Of a stretch of DNA of 12,454 nt, positions 1 through 7,059 are shown piece after piece (position 1 is the stretch's first letter; each line of letters opens with the position of its first letter). Below the pieces are notes generated by a model that had not been told where the DNA came from, did not search any database, and saw nothing but the letters and a program-made list of their open reading frames with translations. Origin of the DNA: a virus; the UHGV virus genome UHGV-0041831. The stretch is one strand, 5' to 3'. The position numbers and the translations under genes are program-made.

Positions 1-968
1 GTGAACGGACTGTACGCCGTCCAGATATGGAATGTGATGGAGCGCGGCGGCGGAATTTCATTATCCGCGGCGCTGAAAAACGTCAGACCGTCGCGGGTCC
101 ACATCCCCGTGTTTTCACAGATCCACCGCCCGTTGCTCTGGTCAAGCTCAGACTGATGGATCACGCAGCCATGATGTTCACAGAGGTAGAAAACGCTTTC
201 GGGGCTGTCCTTCTCCCATTTAAGGCCAAAAGGCGTGGACTCATCGCCAAATTTCAGATACTGCGCCTCCCCACAGTGCGGGCAGGGCACATAAAAACGC
301 ATGAAATGCGCCGACTCGTTGGCCGCTTTTTCGATCTGGCAGGAGCCTTTTATTTTAGGCGTCGAGCCGCGAATGGATTTTGGCCATACCGAGCCCTCAA
401 TACGCTTATCCCCCAGCAGGGTTGGCGAGCCCTCTTTTTCGACATCCGGCTCGAACGAGGAAAGTTCGTCATAGCAGACCACGTCCACGGATTTTTCACG
501 GTAGTTTTTGGCGGCAGCGCCGCCCAGGCACCAGAAGCCCACACCCGATGAAAAGCGTTTCAGCGTGATGGTATTATCACGATGTTTACGTCCCAGCCAG
601 GGAGAAAGTTTTTTCAGGCAGGGAACATCGCGAATCGTCGCCTCCACGTGAGACTTCATAAAATCTTCAGCGGCAGAATCCGTGGGCTGAAAAAGCAGAC
701 TGTTTCGGGATTTATGCTCAATAAAATACCCGGCGACTCCCAGCAACATCTTTGTATAGCCAACACGGGCAGATTTAATCAGATTAACAGTCCGGATCTG
801 ATCATTCCCCATGCTGTTCATGATGGCGATCTGGAACGGCAGCGTTTTCCATTCTCCCTCACCATATGAAGATTCTTTAGGCAGATAATAATTTTGATCA
901 GCCCATTCAACTGGCGTCACCGGCAATGCCCTTATCAGGGGCTGTAATGCTGTTGTGACAGCACTCAT
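1..968 (-). CDS. Phage terminase large subunit (lambda gpA-like), 5' portion only; the 3' end lies beyond the window start
   Basis: Minus-strand translation from ATG at 966-968 begins MSAVTTALQPLIRALPVTPVEWADQNYYLPKESSYGEGEWKTLPFQIAIMNSMG..., collinear with the lambda gpA N-terminus as I recall it (VEWAD.NYYLPKES, KSARVGY.KMLLGV, DELS.F). Not in the ORF track because the frame runs off the window edge. Start lies 4 nt after the small-subunit stop. Confidence 0.9.
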   Translation of the reverse strand, partial: MSAVTTALQPLIRALPVTPVEWADQNYYLPKESSYGEGEWKTLPFQIAIMNSMGNDQIRTVNLIKSARVGYTKMLLGVAGYFIEHKSRNSLLFQPTDSAAEDFMKSHVEATIRDVPCLKKLSPWLGRKHRDNTITLKRFSSGVGFWCLGGAAAKNYREKSVDVVCYDELSSFEPDVEKEGSPTLLGDKRIEGSVWPKSIRGSTPKIKGSCQIEKAANESAHFMRFYVPCPHCGEAQYLKFGDESTPFGLKWEKDSPESVFYLCEHHGCVIHQSELDQSNGRWICENTGMWTRDGLTFFSAADNEIPPPRSITFHIWTAYSPF

Positions 969-972
969 CATA

Positions 973-1482
973 TTATTCAGTTGTTGCTCTGATATATTCA
1001 TCGAGTAAATCCGGTAATTTATCCCCCGCCCGCGCACACTGATTTGCCCCCTTCGCAATAAGGGTTTTCAGATGGTCAAGATGGCGCGGTGTTAAATCAG
1101 GAAACTGTCGCTGCATGGATAAAGGGATGGAATCAAGCGTACTGGATAACGCCATTGCCAGCTTGCTGAGGGCAAAAATACAGAACCCGGTGTCAATAAG
1201 TTTTCCTTTTGACACCTCATTTTTTAACTGCTGTGTAACAGCCTGTTCTGCTGTCAGTTCCCATCTGGCAATAAGCAATTTCTCCTCATAGTCGTCTTCG
1301 CTATCGCCATCAGGCACATCGTTTTTACTTCTTCTCAGATACGATATGTAAAAATCGCGCCAGGCATCCAGATCCAGTTGCCCTCGCTTATTCGATATCG
1401 GGGCACCCGGCAATTTCTGCAATCTGCGAAGCTGGCGATCGGTCAGACTTAAATGCCTGGCAACTTCAGTCTGCGTAGCCAC
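973..1482 (-). CDS. Phage terminase small subunit (lambda Nu1-like)
   Basis: 169-aa ORF. The C-terminal half (DTGFCIFALSKLAMALSSTLDSIPLSMQRQFPDLTPRHLDHLK) resembles lambda Nu1 as recalled; the N-terminus has an HTH-like segment. GTG start at 1480-1482 preceded by an AGGTGAGGA Shine-Dalgarno. Sits immediately upstream of the large subunit and next to cos. Confidence 0.85.
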   Translation of the reverse strand: MATQTEVARHLSLTDRQLRRLQKLPGAPISNKRGQLDLDAWRDFYISYLRRSKNDVPDGDSEDDYEEKLLIARWELTAEQAVTQQLKNEVSKGKLIDTGFCIFALSKLAMALSSTLDSIPLSMQRQFPDLTPRHLDHLKTLIAKGANQCARAGDKLPDLLDEYIRATTE

Positions 1483-1530
1483 TCCTCACCTCGCAAAAAA
1501 CTCTCACCTCACAATCACAACAAAACCGGT

Positions 1531-1541
1531 CATGTCCGGTT
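1531..1541 (+). repeat. cosB repeat 1 (candidate terminase small-subunit binding site, core CATGTCCGG)
   Basis: CATGTCCGGTT lies between the Nu1-like start and cosN; embedded in the inverted repeat AACCGG-TCATGT-CCGGTT. Confidence 0.5.
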
Positions 1542-1560
1542 TTAGTGTCTATTTTTTGCG

Positions 1561-1571
1561 CATGTCCGGTT
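1561..1571 (+). repeat. cosB repeat 2 (core CATGTCCGG)
   Basis: Second direct copy of CATGTCCGGTT, 30 bp from repeat 1. Confidence 0.5.
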
Positions 1572-1618
1572 CATGGAAAGCATGTTTTTATATTTTTCAT
1601 ATGGTTAACTTGCAGAGA

Positions 1619-1629
1619 AACCGGACATG
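1619..1629 (-). repeat. cosB repeat 3 (inverted copy, AACCGGACATG), nearest cosN
   Basis: Reverse complement of CATGTCCGGTT. It is separated from repeat 2 by an AT-rich stretch (1572-1618) that could be a bend or IHF-type site, matching the lambda R3-I1-R2-R1 logic. Confidence 0.5.
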
Positions 1630-1885
1630 GATCCCGGAAAATTTTCATAAATAGTGAAAATCCGCGAGGTCGCCGCCCCGTAACCGGTCGGATCGCCGGA
1701 AAGGACCCACGAAAATGATAATGATTATCATCTATATAAGGTTTATCACAACATGTGTGTACGCCATCAAACCACGAGAAATAATCAATTATGACGCAGG
1801 TATCGTATTAATTGATCTGCATCAAATTAACGTAAAAGCAACTTCAGATAATACAAATCAGCAACACTGAATATGGGGAAACATT

Positions 1886-2071
1886 ATGTCATCAAAGAAC
1901 AGAACCCGCAGAACAACAACCCGCAACATCCGATTTCCAAACCAGATGATTGAACAAATTAACATCGCTCTTGATCTGAAAGGTTCAGGAAACTTTTCAG
2001 CGTGGGTTATTGAAGCCTGCAGAAGAAGGCTGTCAACAGAGAGTTCGGGTATGAATTACATAATTAAGTAA
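1886..2071 (+). CDS. Small ribbon-helix-helix-like protein, YlcI/YnfO (DUF3950)-like moron next to cos
   Basis: 61-aa ORF with GGGGAA Shine-Dalgarno 6 nt upstream of ATG. The segment RNIRFPNQMIEQINIALDLKGSGNFSAWVIEACRRRL has a strand-helix-helix pattern typical of RHH DNA binders. Position next to the terminase small subunit matches where ylcI/ynfO-type genes sit in E. coli prophages, as recalled. Transcribed opposite to the late operon. Confidence 0.6.
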   Translation: MSSKNRTRRTTTRNIRFPNQMIEQINIALDLKGSGNFSAWVIEACRRRLSTESSGMNYIIK

Positions 2072-2203
2072 CATGGTGTTCACAGAACACGCAGTTACCG
2101 GACACATCAGTTTTCCATTCGCTCCCCGGCAGTACAGGCTTCCCCTCTGACGGGATAGCCTGAAAAAATAACACAGAAAATTATTTGTTATAATTAATAT
2201 AAC

Positions 2204-2344
2204 TTACTCAAAAAAAAGCGACGAGAAAATCAGCATCAACGAACAATAAGCGCCAATACGTGATAACAAATGGCAGCCATATTTATCTGCAGTATAAGCA
2301 ATGGACAGGATAACCACACCAGAAACCGTCAGCATAAAATCCAT
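2204..2344 (-). CDS. Hypothetical small hydrophobic protein (46 aa), not in the ORF track
   Basis: Manual translation gives MDFMLTVSGVVILSIAYTADKYGCHLLSRIGAYCSLMLIFSSLFFE*, with two hydrophobic segments. ATG at 2342-2344 with a GGGGAAG purine-rich stretch upstream. Lies in an AT-rich island convergent with the RHH gene. Confidence 0.3.
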   Translation of the reverse strand: MDFMLTVSGVVILSIAYTADKYGCHLLSRIGAYCSLMLIFSSLFFE

Positions 2345-2694
2345 TTGAACTTCCCCGGACAAAATCGACTCATCTAAAGATTTACAGCTCTTTTTATTAT
2401 CAATATGTTAAAAGTAAAATAAACAGATGTTCAATAACACGAATACAAAAACGTGCTGAAATTCAATGAATCCATTTCTGTGTCATCAATTAATAGTGAT
2501 AAACATCCGGTTTCTTCCACCATCGCACCGGACAGGCGACTATGAGGGGACAACGCCGCGCTCCGTTAACGCGGTAAACCCCGGTGTGTATCGTTTTTGA
2601 TTATCCCCGCACACTCGCGCAGAGGAGTCTCCCTGTCGGGCTGCGGTCTCTGTTAATGAGGGAATACAGCGACGATACGGCGCATCAACAAAAC

Positions 2695-3162
2695 TTATTT
2701 CAGGCACTGAGTACGGATATATTCCTGCGCCCCTTCCAGTTGCTTCTGCATCGTCATCAGCCGCTCTCTGAGGGTGAAATAATCCCGTGTAACGGTGTCT
2801 GCCAGTTGGGGGCCGGTTGCATTATCCACGCGGGCGGTGCCGGTGGCTTCACGCACGGGACCTGGACAGGTGGCGTTGATACGCAGGCGCTTACGACCAG
2901 CGGCAACGTCAGCGCGAAGAGTTTCATTTTCAGCTTTCGCATCAGCTAACTCCTTCGTGTATTTTGCATCGAGCGCAGCAACATCACGCTGACGCATCTG
3001 CATGTCAGTAATTGCCGCGTTCGCCAGCTTCAGTTCTCTGACATTTTTGTCGCGCTGGGCTTTGTAGGTAATGGCGTTATCACGGTAATGATTCAGCCCC
3101 AGACTAAGCGCACCACAGGCCACCAGCAGGGCAATGATGACCACGCACAGTACGCGGTTCAT
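2695..3162 (-). CDS. Rz: Rz i-spanin (inner-membrane spanin subunit)
   Basis: 155-aa [82 protein letters not shown]..., closely similar to lambda Rz as recalled (N-terminal TM, coiled-coil body). Confidence 0.9.
   Translation of the reverse strand: MNRVLCVVIIALLVACGALSLGLNHYRDNAITYKAQRDKNVRELKLANAAITDMQMRQRDVAALDAKYTKELADAKAENETLRADVAAGRKRLRINATCPGPVREATGTARVDNATGPQLADTVTRDYFTLRERLMTMQKQLEGAQEYIRTQCLK
2757..2942 (-). CDS. Rz1: Rz1 o-spanin lipoprotein, embedded in the +1 frame inside Rz
   Basis: 61-aa [64 protein letters not shown]. It has a lipobox (LVVSAC) and a proline-rich mature region, like lambda Rz1, and is fully nested in Rz. Confidence 0.85.
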   Translation of the reverse strand: MRKLKMKLFALTLPLVVSACVSTPPVQVPCVKPPAPPAWIMQPAPNWQTPLHGIISPSESG

Positions 3163-3163
3163 T

Positions 3164-3262
3164 TCACCACCAGCGTATCTGACCGATGAAATAACCGGAG
3201 GCCATAATCACAAACACCAGCCAGATAAGAATGAACTTCCAGGTGGATAATTTTTCAGCCAT
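3164..3262 (-). CDS. Hypothetical 32-aa single-TM membrane peptide between endolysin and Rz (not in the ORF track)
   Basis: Manual translation gives [38 protein letters not shown] lies 8 nt upstream of the ATG. Its TGA stop (3164-3166) is 1 nt from the Rz ATG (3160-3162), suggesting translational coupling. An in-frame GTG at 3335-3337 could extend it to 57 aa. Confidence 0.3.
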   Translation of the reverse strand: MAEKLSTWKFILIWLVFVIMASGYFIGQIRWW

Positions 3263-3337
3263 CACTCGAATCTCCCGAATCAGTTTGCTAAAATCAAACA
3301 CACTTTCTCCTTTGACTTTTCCGGAGTCAGGAAACAC

Positions 3338-3371
3338 AAAACCCCGCTTGGTGCCAACAAACGGGGTTTTT
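3338..3371. terminator. Bidirectional hairpin with flanking A/T tracts between endolysin and Rz
   Basis: AAAACCCCGCTTGGTGCCAACAAACGGGGTTTTT: stem ACCCCG/CGGGGT with an inner TTGG/CCAA helix, T-run after it on plus and T-run after it on minus (TTTTGTGTTT). Confidence 0.45.
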
Positions 3372-3460
3372 ACTTTTATTCACTTACGTTTCGCCAGTTC
3401 GCAGGATTTCGTGTTATCCGCCCGCGTGGCCATACCTTATTTTTCAGCAAAATATTCTGC

Positions 3461-3994
3461 TTATCTGTCGATTCCCCAGCACGCCAGCGCGCTCTCCTGG
3501 TCACGACGGGATACCTGACCATAACAGTTATTTGAGCGGACACGGCAGTCTCTGCCACCGTCCTTAATCCACCAGCGAATCGCCTCACACGCTCCCCTGC
3601 GATCACCTGCATTAATTCGTTTATAAAACGTCGACGGGAAACACTTACCGGGACCAATGTTGTACGGACAGAATGACGCGATCCCCGCTTTCTGGGGTTC
3701 ACTCAATGGCACTCTGATGTTTTTCTCCACCCATGCCAGCGCCTTATCACGCTCAATGGCGTTAACCCGGTCGCATTTTTCCTTCGACAACTTCATGCCC
3801 GGAACGACAGGTTTGCCATCCACCAGGATGGCACCGCGGCAGATGGTCCAGATACCCGCGCCATCACGGTATGCCGTGGTGTGGTTACCTTCCTTTTCAT
3901 CCAGAAACTGGTCGAGAATGTCAGGCGCAGGCGCACCAGCGGCAATCAGCGCCAGAACGGCAGCCGACAGGCCGTATCTGATTTTTGCGTTCAT
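3461..3994 (-). CDS. Phage endolysin, T4-lysozyme-like muramidase with N-terminal signal-anchor (SAR-type)
   Basis: 177-aa ORF MNAKIRYGLSAAVLALIAAGAPA... followed by E-x8-D-x5-T (EGNHTTAYRDGAGIWT), the catalytic spacing of T4-type lysozymes. The N-terminal hydrophobic, Ala/Gly-rich segment has no Cys, consistent with a SAR domain. A pinholin partner lies upstream. Confidence 0.88.
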   Translation of the reverse strand: MNAKIRYGLSAAVLALIAAGAPAPDILDQFLDEKEGNHTTAYRDGAGIWTICRGAILVDGKPVVPGMKLSKEKCDRVNAIERDKALAWVEKNIRVPLSEPQKAGIASFCPYNIGPGKCFPSTFYKRINAGDRRGACEAIRWWIKDGGRDCRVRSNNCYGQVSRRDQESALACWGIDR

Positions 3995-4099
3995 GGATAT
4001 TTATCAGGATTTATCGGTTTCTGAGCCCTAGATATGTTTATCAGTTCCAGCCTGTTGCCTCAGGCTGCTAACAGGTCAATACAATCATGAGGATTATTT

Positions 4100-4372
4100 A
4101 TGGACAATAACACCATTTCTCTACAGGAGTTGCTCGACAGCATTTCCAGGCTTCGGGAAGACGTGAATACCCTTACCGTCGCCTTCTCATATCTGGCATT
4201 CTCAATTCCAAGGGAACAGATGCAATCAACGCTGGCATCAATCCAGTTTGAATCATGCAATCCCAAATGGTCTCAGGAACAACAAGACTCTTTCAGGCGG
4301 CTTGCTGTATTACTGGATGAAAAATATGCTGGTAAAATTACCATTTCGGCGGACTCTTCAGAGAACCCGTAA
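4100..4372 (+). CDS. Hypothetical acidic 90-aa protein encoded antisense to the lysis operon
   Basis: ATG at 4100 with a GAGGA Shine-Dalgarno 6 nt upstream (4089-4093) and a candidate -10 TACAAT at 4080-4085. Sequence MDNNTISLQELLDSISRLREDVNTLTVAFSYLAFSIPREQ... has no family I recognise. Its 3' end overlaps the YdfR-like gene by 35 nt in convergent orientation. Confidence 0.5.
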   Translation: MDNNTISLQELLDSISRLREDVNTLTVAFSYLAFSIPREQMQSTLASIQFESCNPKWSQEQQDSFRRLAVLLDEKYAGKITISADSSENP

Positions 4373-4682
4373 TTATTCCCGGTAGTTTTCCTCTGTAGGT
4401 TATCAACACATCCTGCGCCTCTAAAATTACGGGGCGCTTTTCCGGCGACTGCTCATCCCCTTCACATAACCCGGCAGCAACATCCAGGAAGACCTGTCTG
4501 ATGCTCCTTCTGGCTGCTGACTCATAAAACTCCAGCGCTGCACCTTCAACACGGTCCAGCGAGATGTCCAGGTCAAAAATTTCACCGTCAAAGCGTTTTT
4601 TGTCCCGTAACGCTAAAGTTACCGTAACTTTATTCTCAAAATTGCGGATCCCTTTCACAATCAGTTCATAGTTTTGAGTCAT
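4338..4682 (-). CDS. YdfR-like (DUF1327-like) protein between holin and endolysin
   Basis: 114-aa ORF MTQNYELIVKGIRNFENKVTVTLALRDKKRFDGEIFDLDISLDRVEGAALEFYESAARRSIRQVFLDVA..., resembling E. coli Qin prophage YdfR as recalled, which also sits between holin and lysozyme. GGGGAGAG Shine-Dalgarno; start 4 nt after the holin stop. Confidence 0.65.
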   Translation of the reverse strand: MTQNYELIVKGIRNFENKVTVTLALRDKKRFDGEIFDLDISLDRVEGAALEFYESAARRSIRQVFLDVAAGLCEGDEQSPEKRPVILEAQDVLITYRGKLPGIITGSLKSPPKW

Positions 4683-4686
4683 TGAA

Positions 4687-4902
4687 TTACTCTCCCCGTG
4701 CAGCCTTACGACGGTCCTCTCTGATTTTGAAATACAGGTTAGTCAGATATGTCAGCAGCCCAAACAGCAGACTCCCCAGCACGCCTATTGCCGCCCACTG
4801 AGACGGGGAAACCCTGTCCAGCAACTGCAGGAACCAGTAGCCCGTTCCCACCGCTGACGTGGTGTATGACACACCTGTTGTGATTTTTTCCATCTGGTAC
4901 AT
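4687..4902 (-). CDS. Class II holin, phage 21 S-like pinholin with dual-start motif (71-aa and 68-aa products)
   Basis: From Met27 of the track ORF: [71 protein letters not shown], near-collinear with S21 as recalled. Two TM segments, charged C-terminus, Met1-x-x-Met4 dual start, GGGAGA Shine-Dalgarno 6 nt upstream. The N-terminal extension to 4980 in the ORF track is probably not translated. Confidence 0.85.
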   Translation of the reverse strand: MYQMEKITTGVSYTTSAVGTGYWFLQLLDRVSPSQWAAIGVLGSLLFGLLTYLTNLYFKIREDRRKAARGE

Positions 4903-5052
4903 ACCCCGTCTCCCGTTATCCGGAAGCTGACAACAATAAAAAAAGCCACCAGTTAAGTACTGATGGCTCTGATAACTCATGCAGGCATCTCAGACGACCC
5001 ACTGACACTACCGGTGAGTTTAACGATACCTTCCATTTGGCTGGCTCACTTT

Positions 5053-6906
5053 TTATGATGATGCCGGTGCATTTATCTCCAGCACCAGACTTTCTATCTC
5101 AACGCCATACGCTGCATTTTTGGTAATATCCGTCAGCGTCAGCGCATTCAGCCCCAGTGTCAGACTGTCTTTTATGACCTGGAATGCCGGGCCAGCCACT
5201 CCATTCAGTTTCGGAGTAACCGTGGCACTGCCGGCGGTGAACACCAGCTCCAGCGTCTGCCAGTCGTTACTGTAATTCCCGAACTCGCCCAACTTTGTGT
5301 TTCCTGCTTTCTTGTGATGCATCAGATTCAGTTTGCCGTCTGTGGTCTGGGTGAAGAACGACATCAGGAACGGGTTACCAGTCCCGGTCATCGCCACGAC
5401 GTCAGGTAACGCTACATCGGTATACAGATAAATTCCCAGACCGAACTGGTTGTTGGTCAGTGCGCCTGACAGTCGAAACTTACAGCTCAGTCTGCCACCC
5501 CGTGTCAGCAGGGAGACTGCGTCATCCACCGGGCGCGTCAGGGACCAGGCTTTATTGCTCTGCTTGGTGATCTTAAATACACCATCTGACAACTGAATTC
5601 CGCCATTCTTAATGCTCCAGCCCTGCGCAGCAGCGTCTCCGGCTGTCGGCAACAGGGAGATTGTGCGTATGGATGCATCTTCAGACGGCCCCGATGGCGT
5701 GTCGCCGCCGGGCGAGGGTTTGATTTCCGGTGCCTTACCACTAATGAAGGCTAAGGTGCGACCGGCTACGTTCAGAATAGCAGTTGCCATACGATCGGGA
5801 ATAATGCCACGACGCGCCCATGAGCTGAAATGCGTCGGGCGATTTGATGATACCCAGTTTTTGTTCGTTCGGGATGCCGAACCGTAATAACCAGACCCGG
5901 CAATATCAGGATCTTCTGACGGGTTGTTTGTCGGTGTATTAACTCCGCTACCATCGGTCATAAAGGGAACAAAATAAATCTGCTGGGATTCTTTACCTTT
6001 ATATGCACCATATACCACTTCATATTGCGTACCGTGTTCTTGTTTCCACGCGTATGTCGTGTCGCCACAAATCCAGGGGACTGATGCCGGACTTCCACCG
6101 TGACACTGCGCCGCCAGCCCGGCAAGGTCAGCACGGAACTGCTGTACCATTGCAAGAAATGCTGCTGGCTGCTGGGCGTAACTGGCATTCGTCATATCGA
6201 ATTCCCCCTGCATCCAGCATATCGCCAGCAAAACGTTTTTCGGGTTTTTCTGCAATGCTGCCTTCGTGCGGAAAAGCAGATCCTGATATAACGGCTTACC
6301 CACTCCCCAGCGAGCCGAATCCTGACTGGCTCCCGTGGACTCGCTGAATGTCCCCTCCGTGCCCTGGGTGAATGCCGAACCACCACGACAGCATGGTACC
6401 AGCAGGATCCCCGCATTATTAGGGATATACGGAAGCAGTTTTTTGGCAATATGTAAGCCCTGTCCGACACAGCCGTACTGCCCTTTGCTCAGGTCAGCCC
6501 GGGGATGGTTAATCGTACTCATATCCTGAACATCATGCAGACAATGGTCAGCAGGAATGATGTCGTTAAATACGCATACTTCACCACCGGGAGTCACTGT
6601 GTTACGACGGGCCAGTTGCTTAATGCGCGGATGGGGCGCATCGTATGAATCCGGAAGCGGAAGCCCTTCACCGTAAGCCATGGCATTGGATTGCCCGGCC
6701 AGTACGATGACGTAGTACCACTCCGGCTCAGTTGCACCACTGACGACCACATCACCTTCTGCTGCAATCGCCTGCATCAGGGTATAAGGGGTTATGGCCA
6801 CCGGACTACCAAACGGCTGCCAGCCCTCCTTCAGTTTTTGTGTCAGTCGTTTCGCAAGGTCTGACGGCGATGCCGCCCTGACCACGTCATAGTGTTTAAA
6901 TGCCAT
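5053..6906 (-). CDS. Prophage NanS-p-like sialate O-acetylesterase (SGNH/DUF303 esterase plus C-terminal domain)
   Basis: 617-aa ORF with a strong GGGAGG Shine-Dalgarno. N-terminal block VIVLAGQSNAMAYGEG carries the GQSN esterase motif. Size, domain layout and position upstream of the holin match the NanS-p/YjhS-like genes that follow stx in Stx phages, as recalled. Confidence 0.85.
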   Translation of the reverse strand: MAFKHYDVVRAASPSDLAKRLTQKLKEGWQPFGSPVAITPYTLMQAIAAEGDVVVSGATEPEWYYVIVLAGQSNAMAYGEGLPLPDSYDAPHPRIKQLARRNTVTPGGEVCVFNDIIPADHCLHDVQDMSTINHPRADLSKGQYGCVGQGLHIAKKLLPYIPNNAGILLVPCCRGGSAFTQGTEGTFSESTGASQDSARWGVGKPLYQDLLFRTKAALQKNPKNVLLAICWMQGEFDMTNASYAQQPAAFLAMVQQFRADLAGLAAQCHGGSPASVPWICGDTTYAWKQEHGTQYEVVYGAYKGKESQQIYFVPFMTDGSGVNTPTNNPSEDPDIAGSGYYGSASRTNKNWVSSNRPTHFSSWARRGIIPDRMATAILNVAGRTLAFISGKAPEIKPSPGGDTPSGPSEDASIRTISLLPTAGDAAAQGWSIKNGGIQLSDGVFKITKQSNKAWSLTRPVDDAVSLLTRGGRLSCKFRLSGALTNNQFGLGIYLYTDVALPDVVAMTGTGNPFLMSFFTQTTDGKLNLMHHKKAGNTKLGEFGNYSNDWQTLELVFTAGSATVTPKLNGVAGPAFQVIKDSLTLGLNALTLTDITKNAAYGVEIESLVLEINAPASS

Positions 6907-7059
6907 GAATCCTCCCGGGCGGGATAATGTTGTGAGTCAGATAAGGAGCAGGCTGAAGTCCGGAAGTTACAGGACAATGGCAGAAGGGAGACTACAGCCC
7001 GCAATTCGAAAAAGACCGCGCAGTTGCGCAGAGTGATTACTATGGGGTATTATTCGCCA

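Larger units (their letters stand above)
1500..1740. other. cos region (cosB / cosN / cosQ-proximal sequence), reversed relative to the lambda map
   Basis: 1667-1678 is AGGTCGCCGCCC, the reverse complement of the lambda 12-nt cohesive end GGGCGGCGACCT. The surrounding sequence CCGGAAAATTTTCATAAATAGTGAAAATCCGCGAGGTCGCCGCCCC matches the lambda cosN neighbourhood. Beyond it, the reverse complement of 1684-1735 (GATGATAATCATTATCATTTTCGTGGGTCCTTTCCGGCGATCCGACCGG) matches the lambda sequence to the left of cosN. Confidence 0.8.

Noticed and set aside
27-869. Plus-strand ORFs 27..551, 380..568 and 582..869, and minus-strand ORF 350..544
   Set aside because: They lie inside or antisense to the terminase large-subunit frame, whose minus-strand translation matches gpA throughout. 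No independent start or ribosome-binding-site support.
1716-1730. Fur-box-like palindrome TGATAATGATTATCA
   Set aside because: It matches the conserved lambda sequence to the left of cosN (GATGATAATCATTATCA...) on the opposite strand, so it is explained as a cos-proximal packaging element rather than an iron-regulated operator.
2584-2992. Plus-strand ORFs 2584..2949 and 2795..2992
   Set aside because: Antisense to the well-supported Rz/Rz1 pair; Ala/Arg-rich composition typical of a shadow frame.
3231-4031. ORFs 3231..3518 (+), 3376..3702 (-) and 3657..4031 (+)
   Set aside because: They overlap the endolysin in other frames or on the other strand. The endolysin frame carries the catalytic E-D-T motif; these have no start-site support.
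4060-4266. Minus-strand 68-aa ORF overlapping the plus-strand 90-aa gene
   Set aside because: TTG start with no ribosome-binding site, whereas the overlapping plus-strand ORF has an ATG with an ideal GAGGA-N6 spacing. Only one is likely real and the plus-strand frame is favoured, though not proven.
5538-6529. Seven short ORFs on both strands inside the NanS-p gene
   Set aside because: All nested in the 617-aa esterase frame; shadow ORFs in a GC-rich coding region.
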